Shown here: one piece after another, positions 57,781 to 64,000 of the stretch
Numbering within the stretch: the first letter of the stretch is position 1
Layout of the letters: every line of letters begins with the position of its first letter
Source: Verrucomicrobiota bacterium
Lineage (GTDB): Bacteria; Verrucomicrobiota; Verrucomicrobiia; Limisphaerales; J093
Length of the DNA stretch: 64,000 nucleotides
Reading direction: 5' to 3'
NCBI GenBank assembly: GCA_050012855.1
Contig: JBEKGJ010000024.1
Location: 3,682 to 67,681, forward strand
Translations under genes and position numbers: made by a program
The notes under the pieces: model-generated
Told to the model about the DNA's origin: nothing
Database searches by the model: none
Seen by the model: the letters and a program-made list of their open reading frames with translations, nothing else

Positions 57781-60489
57781 ATGAATCTGTCTTCACGCGC
57801 AATGATCTTTCGCTGCCTGATGGGATGGCTGGCGCTGACCGGTATGGCCGCGGGTGCCCGCGGTGCCGACGCCACACGATTTGAATTCCGCGAGCCACGG
57901 ACGACGGCCTATCGCCTGGAACTGCCAACGACCGCCGAGACTTCGACCGCCAAACCCGCCTGGGTCCGCGCCCGACCGGAGCGCGGACCGACGAACTTGG
58001 TCCAGTTTGGCAGCCGCGTCGTGCTGCGCCTCGCGGCGCCGGAGAAACTGCCGGCCCTGATTGCCGGCAGCCCGCTCAAACTCGAAAGCACGATCCGGTC
58101 GAATCTGTTCGTCCTCACCGCGCCGGACGCGCTCACCGCCGTGCGCGAGGCCGCGCGACTGGCGCAGTTGCCGGGGGTCGAGGTGAGCCACCCGATCCGC
58201 CGCCGCGCCCTGCGATTGCAAGGACCGTATGCCCCCATGCCGAACGATCCATTTTTCCCCGACCAGTGGCATCTCGAGGATCGGGACCCGAACACGGCCG
58301 CCCCGGTGGGCTTCGACCTCAACGTGCGCGCCGCCTGGCCGGTGACCCGGGGCGAAGGCATCGTCGTCGGCGTCGCGGATGACGGCATCGAACTGGCCCA
58401 TCCCGACCTGCAGGCGAACACGGCGAACACCAACCACTGGAACTTCGTGACCGGCCAGCCTGATGGCAGTGAGGCCTCTTCCGTGCTCATGCACGGCACC
58501 GCCGTGGCCGGGCTCATCGCCGCCACCGGCAACAACAGCATTGGCGTTTCCGGCGTGGCGCCGGGGGCGCAGATGGCGAGCCTGGTGATCTGGGACTCCA
58601 CCGGCAACATCGTCGATGAACTGGGGTTGATGGAGATGTATTCCTACCATTCCAACGTCATCCAGGTGGAGAATCACAGTTGGGGCAGCGTCGGTGGCTA
58701 CCAAAGCCCGGTGCCCGACCTCGAGGACGCGGGAATCCAGAACGCCGTGCAGAACGGCCGCGGCGGCAAGGGGGTGGTGCTTGCCCGTGCCGCCGGCAAT
58801 TACCGGCTCGACGATGGTCAAGGCAACGCCTGCATCGGCAACGGCAACGACGACGGCTACCCGCAAGACCCGCGGGAAATCGCCGTCGCCGGCGTGCGGC
58901 CTAACGGACGCGCCGTCAGCTACACCACTCCGGGCGCGAACGTGCTCATCGCCGCGTTTACCGGCGACTACTATGTGGACACGCCGGATGGCGGAACCAC
59001 CAACTATCCGAACCTCTTCACGACCGACCGTCTCGGCACCGAAGGCTATAACACCGACCTCAGCAACAACCCGGACTATTGCTTCGGCGACACCGGTTTC
59101 AACGGCACCTCCGGCTCCACGCCGCAAATTGCCGGCCTCTGCGCCTTGATCCTGGCAGCCAACCCGCAGCTCACTTATCGCGACGTCCAGCAGTTGCTCA
59201 TTCTCTCCGCGCGCCACCTCGACCTGGCCGATCCCGACATCCAGACCAACGGCGCCGGTTTCCGCGTCAGCCACAACGTTGGTTTCGGTGTACCCGACGC
59301 CGCCCAGGCGATGTTCCTGGCAAAAGCGTGGTCCAACCGCCCGCCCGCGACCGACATCACCGTCACCAATGACATCACCGCCGCCAATCCCGGCGGGATG
59401 ACCATTCCGGATGACGGCCTCCGCGTGCTCATCACCGGGACTGGCGTGCCGGCCAGCCTGCAGTCCATCCCATCGTTCCCGTGCGACGGCCTCCATCCGG
59501 ACCAGCCGACGGCCGTGTTGCCCATCGTGGACGTGGGCCAGGCCTTGCAGCCCCTCACCCAGGACCTCACCGGCAAGGCGGCGTTGATCCAGCGCGGCGT
59601 GAATTATTTCGCGCAGAAGATCGGCTACGCCGTCGCCGCCGGTGCCCGCTTCGTCATCATTTACGACAACAAGAACGGCAACGAACGCATCTTCATGGAT
59701 GGCGTGGACATTCAGTTCTACCCGGTGCCGACGGTTTTCATTGACCAGAACTCCGGCAACGCCCTGCACCGCTATCTCCTGTCCGCCACCAATGCGCAGG
59801 CGCAGTTGAAGCTGAACTCCGTCCGTTTCCCGCTCGTGGTCACCAACACACTCCTCTGCGAACACGTCAAGCTCAACGCGAACATCGTCCATCCGGCCCG
59901 CTCGGACGTGCGGATCACCCTGATCTCGCCCGCGGGCACCCGCAGTGTCCTGGCGCATTGGAACTACGACACCACCGATGCGCTCGGCGACTGGGACTAT
60001 TATTCCACGCTGCACCATTTCGAGAGCAGCTATGGCACCTGGTACGTCGAAGTCAGTGACGAGCAACCCGGCAACGTAGGACAAGTGCTTGGCCTGGGCC
60101 TGACGATCACCGGCGTGCCGATCAAGGACACCGATCATGACGGCCTCGATGACGATTGGGAAATGGCCCGTTTTAACACGCTTGCCTACGGCCCGGCGGA
60201 CAATCCCGCTCTCGACGGCTACAACAACATGGTCAAACAAATCCTCGGCTGGGATCCGCTCCGATCCGCGGTTCCGTTCCAGCTCGACCTCTCGGCCTGG
60301 AACCCAAGCCTGCAACGCTTGAGCTGGCCCACCAGCACCAACTTCCAGTACCAGGTCTTCGGCAGTTCCGACCTTGGCCAGCCGCTGACACTCCTGACGA
60401 ACCTGCCCGGCCAGTTCCCGACCACCGAGTATATCCTGCCGTCGGCGGCCACCGGCCAGCGGTTTTACAACGTGCGGCAAACCCAGTAA
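57781..60489 (+). CDS. Secreted kexin/furin-like S8 protease with PA and P domains
   Basis: DDG, HGTAVAG, AAGN, NGTSGS, LTYRDVQ, GFGVPD; PA domain ALIQRG; P domain EHV..H..D..L.SP.GT; DxDxDG motif. Confidence 0.92.
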   Translation: MNLSSRAMIFRCLMGWLALTGMAAGARGADATRFEFREPRTTAYRLELPTTAETSTAKPAWVRARPERGPTNLVQFGSRVVLRLAAPEKLPALIAGSPLKLESTIRSNLFVLTAPDALTAVREAARLAQLPGVEVSHPIRRRALRLQGPYAPMPNDPFFPDQWHLEDRDPNTAAPVGFDLNVRAAWPVTRGEGIVVGVADDGIELAHPDLQANTANTNHWNFVTGQPDGSEASSVLMHGTAVAGLIAATGNNSIGVSGVAPGAQMASLVIWDSTGNIVDELGLMEMYSYHSNVIQVENHSWGSVGGYQSPVPDLEDAGIQNAVQNGRGGKGVVLARAAGNYRLDDGQGNACIGNGNDDGYPQDPREIAVAGVRPNGRAVSYTTPGANVLIAAFTGDYYVDTPDGGTTNYPNLFTTDRLGTEGYNTDLSNNPDYCFGDTGFNGTSGSTPQIAGLCALILAANPQLTYRDVQQLLILSARHLDLADPDIQTNGAGFRVSHNVGFGVPDAAQAMFLAKAWSNRPPATDITVTNDITAANPGGMTIPDDGLRVLITGTGVPASLQSIPSFPCDGLHPDQPTAVLPIVDVGQALQPLTQDLTGKAALIQRGVNYFAQKIGYAVAAGARFVIIYDNKNGNERIFMDGVDIQFYPVPTVFIDQNSGNALHRYLLSATNAQAQLKLNSVRFPLVVTNTLLCEHVKLNANIVHPARSDVRITLISPAGTRSVLAHWNYDTTDALGDWDYYSTLHHFESSYGTWYVEVSDEQPGNVGQVLGLGLTITGVPIKDTDHDGLDDDWEMARFNTLAYGPADNPALDGYNNMVKQILGWDPLRSAVPFQLDLSAWNPSLQRLSWPTSTNFQYQVFGSSDLGQPLTLLTNLPGQFPTTEYILPSAATGQRFYNVRQTQ

Positions 60490-60530
60490 GCCGGAGGCGC
60501 CTCCGGGCGCGGCGCCACCGTACCATGATT

Positions 60531-60715
60531 GGACCGCGGCTGTGTCGGAGATCAGCCGCAGCATCTTGAACAATTCCGCAGCGTCAGACGGGTCCCGGCG
60601 CCTCGCTTGGGGGATGGCGCTGCTGCCTCGGAGCCCCGCCGTAGCGGCGGCTCGGTAGAGCGCCGCCATCCGAGTGAAAACGGGAAAGTGCGGCGGTCTG
60701 CCGACGCGCCGCTAC
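60531..60715. repeat. Composite repeat: family B arm followed by a GTAG-type REP doublet (60641-60715)
   Basis: ggaccgcggctgtgtcggagatcagccgcagca; gtagcggcggctcggtagagcgccgc ... gcggtctgccgacgcgccgctac. Confidence 0.7.
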
Positions 60716-60773
60716 GGCGCCACCCGCGGTTTCGACGTTGACGCAGCGCCGCCCTTCGGGTGGATTAGTTGCC

Positions 60774-62369
60774 ATGTCAACACGCTCTGGTTTTTCCCCA
60801 CGCGAAGCCCGCTTTGCCGTTCGACTCGCCCGTGGAGCCGCACTGGCCACCCTGCTTCTCGCCGGCCTGAATCCCGCCGCCCGCGCCGATGTGCGCCTGG
60901 CGGCCCTGTTCTCCGACAACGCCGTCCTGCAACAAGGCCTGCCCATCAAGATTTGGGGCTGGGCCGACACCAACGAACCGGTCACCGTCACCTTCCGCCA
61001 GCAGAAGGTCACCGTGCCCGGCAGCCTCACCGGCAAGTGGACCGTGACGCTGGCGCCCGAGAAAGCCGGCGGTCCCGACACGCTGGTGGTCACCGGCAAG
61101 AACCGTCGCGAAGTGAAAAACGTCTTGGTGGGCGAGGTCTGGATCTGCAGCGGCCAGTCGAACATGGAGTTTCCGCTAACCGGCTGGGGAGTGCCGCCGC
61201 CCAACTCGGCCAGCGATATCGCCAACGCCGCCAACCCGAACATCCGCCTGTTCACCGTGCCCAAATTCAAGGCCGCCGAGCCCGTGGACGACTTCAAGGC
61301 CGCGTGGCAGCCCTGCACGCCGCAAACCGTGCCGACATTCTCGGCGGTGGGCTATTATTTCGGCCGCGCCCTCCAAGCGGCGCGCCATGTGCCCGTCGGT
61401 CTCATTCACACCTCCTGGGGCGGGTCGCCGGTCGAAGTCTGGATCAGCGAAGACGTGTTCAAATCCAGCCCGGAGTACCGTCGCGACATCCTCGAACCCT
61501 ATGCAGGCCAGGTGAGCGACTTTCAAAAATCGCTCGCCCAGTGGGAACAGGCCAAGGCCGCAGCGGAGAAGGAAGGCAAGAAATATGATCAGGGCCGGCC
61601 GTGGGATCCGTGGAAACCATCCGAACTCTACAACGGCATGATCGCCCCGCTGATTCCGTATGCGGTGCGCGGCGCCATCTGGTATCAGGGTGAATCGAAC
61701 GCCGGCCGTGCCTGGCAGTATCGCCACCTTTTCCCGGACATGATCAGCAACTGGCGCCGCGATTGGGGCCAGCGCGAGTTCACCTTCCTTGCCGTGCAGC
61801 TCGCGCCGTGGGACAAGGGCCGTCAGCGCCTCCCGGCGCGCATCAATGTCCACCCGGTCGAAAGCGACTGGGCCGAACTCCGCGAAGCCCAAGTCGTCAC
61901 CACCAAGGTCATCCCGCAAGTAGGGCTCGCCGTCATCACCGACGTCGGCGACAAGGACGACATCCATCCCGTCCGCAAGGCGCCCGTCGGCGACCGGCTG
62001 GCGCAGGCGGCGCGGGTGATCGCCTACCGGGAGCCGATCTACGGCCTCAGCCCCATGTTCGCCTCGGTCCGCTTCGACGACCGCAAGGCCACGGTCACTT
62101 TCGACAACGCGGGTCGCGGCCTGGTCGCACAGCGCGGCGAACTCACCGGCTTTGCGATTGCCGGCGCGGACCGCAAGTTCCAGTGGGCCAACGCCGAAAT
62201 CCGCGGCAAGAACCGCGTGGTCGTCAGCAGCCCGCTCGTGCCGCATCCGGTGGCGGTCCGCTATGGCTGGGACGACTTTCCGATCGTCAATCTCTTCAGC
62301 CGCGACGGCCTGCCCGCGTCGCCGTTCCGCACGGACGATTTCCCGATGGTGACCGCTCCGAAGCGCTGA
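60774..62369 (+). CDS. Sialate O-acetylesterase (SASA) family protein
   Basis: FSDNAVLQ, GEVWICSGQSNM, WYQGESN, DIHP, PASPFRTD. Confidence 0.93.
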   Translation: MSTRSGFSPREARFAVRLARGAALATLLLAGLNPAARADVRLAALFSDNAVLQQGLPIKIWGWADTNEPVTVTFRQQKVTVPGSLTGKWTVTLAPEKAGGPDTLVVTGKNRREVKNVLVGEVWICSGQSNMEFPLTGWGVPPPNSASDIANAANPNIRLFTVPKFKAAEPVDDFKAAWQPCTPQTVPTFSAVGYYFGRALQAARHVPVGLIHTSWGGSPVEVWISEDVFKSSPEYRRDILEPYAGQVSDFQKSLAQWEQAKAAAEKEGKKYDQGRPWDPWKPSELYNGMIAPLIPYAVRGAIWYQGESNAGRAWQYRHLFPDMISNWRRDWGQREFTFLAVQLAPWDKGRQRLPARINVHPVESDWAELREAQVVTTKVIPQVGLAVITDVGDKDDIHPVRKAPVGDRLAQAARVIAYREPIYGLSPMFASVRFDDRKATVTFDNAGRGLVAQRGELTGFAIAGADRKFQWANAEIRGKNRVVVSSPLVPHPVAVRYGWDDFPIVNLFSRDGLPASPFRTDDFPMVTAPKR

Positions 62370-62455
62370 GCGCCGGCGTAACGAGGCTTGAACTGCGGAC
62401 GGAGCGGCGCTATGAATCAGCCGACGCCCGCCGTTGGGCGCCGTGATCAAAAACC

Positions 62456-63523
62456 ATGAATGCTCGATTCGCCCGCTTTCCTCTCGCCCTCGTGATCCTG
62501 ACCGCACTGACCGCGAATGTCGCCACCGCGCGCGCGGCGGAGGCTGACCCGGCCGTCGTCGCCACCGAGTTCCTCACCGACAACCCGCCCACGGCGACCA
62601 GCCACGCCTCGACGATTGTCGAGACGCCCGATGGTCTGCTGGCCGCCTGGTTTGGCGGCACGCGCGAGGCCGCCACCGACGTCAGCATCTGGCTTTCGCG
62701 CAACCCGGGCACGGGCTGGGCCGCTCCCGTCGAAATCGCCAACGGCGCCGATGTCAAACGCCAGGTCCGCTACCCGTGCTGGAACCCAGTCCTCTTCCGG
62801 CGCAACAACGGCAATCTCCTCCTGTTTTACAAGGTCGGTTCCAGCCCCGCGAGTTGGTGGGGCATGGTGCGGCTCTCGAAAGACGACGGCAAAAGCTGGT
62901 CCGAAGTGAGACGCCTGCCCTCCGGCATCGTCGGCCCGGTGCGCAACAAACCGATCGAACTGGGCGACGGGCTCCTGCTGTGCGGAGCGAGCCTCGAGAA
63001 CAAGGGCTGGCGCGTCCATGTCGAGACCTGCCACGATCCCTTTGGCAGTTGGGAGCGCTCGCCGGACTTGAATGCCGCCTCCACCTTGGCTGCCATCCAG
63101 CCCACCATCCTGCGACACAGCGAAACCAGCATCCAGCTCCTCTGCCGCACCCGGCAGGGCTGGATCACCGAATGCTGGACGCAGAACGGGGGCGCCAGTT
63201 GGGGACCAATGACCCGCACCGCCCTGCCCAACCCGAACAGCGCGATTGACAGCGTCGCGCTCCGCGACGGCCGGTTTCTCCTGGTTTACAATCCCTCGCG
63301 CGAGGACCGCCACACGCTCGACATTGCGCTCTCGCTCGATGGCCGGACGTGGCAAACGGCGGCACAACTCGAAAACGAGCCCGACGGCGAGTTCTCCTAT
63401 CCCGCCATGATCCAGACCGACGACGGCCAGGTGCATGTCACCTACACGTGGAAGCGGCAGCGGATCAAACACGTTGTCCTCGACGTGACGAAGTTCAACC
63501 TGCGGCCGCTGCCGGGCAACTGA
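62456..63523 (+). CDS. BNR-repeat exo-alpha-sialidase-like protein
   Basis: HASTI, WFGGTRE, WNPVL, SKDDGKSW, GPVRNKP, PNPNS, SLDGRTW, SYP. Confidence 0.88.
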   Translation: MNARFARFPLALVILTALTANVATARAAEADPAVVATEFLTDNPPTATSHASTIVETPDGLLAAWFGGTREAATDVSIWLSRNPGTGWAAPVEIANGADVKRQVRYPCWNPVLFRRNNGNLLLFYKVGSSPASWWGMVRLSKDDGKSWSEVRRLPSGIVGPVRNKPIELGDGLLLCGASLENKGWRVHVETCHDPFGSWERSPDLNAASTLAAIQPTILRHSETSIQLLCRTRQGWITECWTQNGGASWGPMTRTALPNPNSAIDSVALRDGRFLLVYNPSREDRHTLDIALSLDGRTWQTAAQLENEPDGEFSYPAMIQTDDGQVHVTYTWKRQRIKHVVLDVTKFNLRPLPGN

Positions 63524-63526
63524 TTC

Positions 63527-63619
63527 GTAGCGGCAACTCGGGAGAGTGCCGCTGTTACCGGTCTTCGGGACGGGCGGCGTTTCCCTGGAAGAGAGCGGCG
63601 GATTGCCATCCGCCGCTAC
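63527..63619. repeat. GTAG-type REP doublet
   Basis: gtagcggcaactcgggagagtgccgc ... gcggcggattgccatccgccgctac. Confidence 0.75.
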
Positions 63620-63682
63620 GTGGATTTTGGAGGGCAGTGCGTTGAAACACCGCCAGAAATCCTCCTGCGTCTTGGAAATCAC
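63620..63682 (-). pseudogene. 5' remnant of a RelE/ParE/HigB-like toxin
   Basis: GTG start overlaps the antitoxin stop; MISKTQEDFWRCFNALPSKIH runs directly into the REP. Confidence 0.65.
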
Positions 63683-63882
63683 GGAAGGTCGCGCAGCTTC
63701 CCGGCGTCAGTGTCGGCATCCACCTTCGTCAGCAAGCCGTCCAATTTGCCCGTGGCCATGTCGTGCTGCATTTGACGGTCCCAGGCGTCGTCCTCCCACT
63801 CGTGCAGGCAGCGGGCAACCTCGGCGCGCTCTTCCCGGCTGAGGCGCGAGATGGCGGCCTTGATCTCGGCAACCGTGCTCAT
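63679..63882 (-). CDS. Putative antitoxin (addiction-module-like)
   Basis: MSTVAEIKAAISRLSREE...WDRQ...D..TGKLD pattern, usually found upstream of RelE/ParE-like toxins. Confidence 0.7.
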   Translation of the reverse strand: MSTVAEIKAAISRLSREERAEVARCLHEWEDDAWDRQMQHDMATGKLDGLLTKVDADTDAGKLRDLP

Positions 63883-64000
63883 GTCCGGTAAGCTACCCGC
63901 CCATGACGCGCCGTTCGGTGTGCAGCGAGTAATGGTGCAGGCGCATCACCTGCCGCACCTGATCCAAAAGCATCGCCGGTTTTTCTTGACTGTCCATCCG

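Noticed and set aside
50028-60563. Recurrent 33-35 nt palindromic repeats as a possible CRISPR array
   Set aside because: The copies are dispersed inverted pairs, not tandem direct repeats with regular spacers, and no cas genes are present
62447-63682. 411-aa minus-strand ORF
   Set aside because: Only the first 21 codons look genuine (toxin remnant); the rest reads through a REP and the antisense strand of the sialidase-like gene

Overview
High-GC bacterial chromosomal segment, most likely Verrucomicrobiota (Pedosphaerales/Limisphaerales-like). This is inferred from H-X9-DG/DUF1559 pilin-like proteins, an extended ECF sigma factor, DUF1080 and the style of the palindromic repeats. The backbone is housekeeping and carbohydrate genes: hppA, PduO-type adenosyltransferase, dimeric dUTPase, hpt, ribD, ribE, tmk, uppP, coaB-like, metF, alpha-2-macroglobulin, tRNA-His, pyrD, pbpC, suhB, several CAZyme-like genes and a kexin-like protease. 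Accessory parts are: (i) a lower-GC island at about 0.65-4.9 kb with a tandem duplication, a double-LuxR-HTH regulator, a MauE-like membrane protein, a membrane-anchored orphan and a secreted 12-Cys protein, followed by a Gtr-type glycosylation cassette; (ii) a Type IIG R-M enzyme carrying an in-frame 120-bp palindromic element and a lower-GC specificity region; (iii) a coupled four-gene lower-GC R-M-like operon; (iv) HicBA and a toxin-antitoxin pair whose toxin is cut by a REP element. Window-wide patterns are several REP/REPIN-like families, heptamer repeats, a shared C-terminal 'F[YF]R[VL]'-type domain on unrelated secreted proteins, and marked Thr-Asn enrichment in exported proteins. No CRISPR array, rRNA, integrase or transposase was seen. 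All assignments come from motif recognition by eye; no database searches were run.
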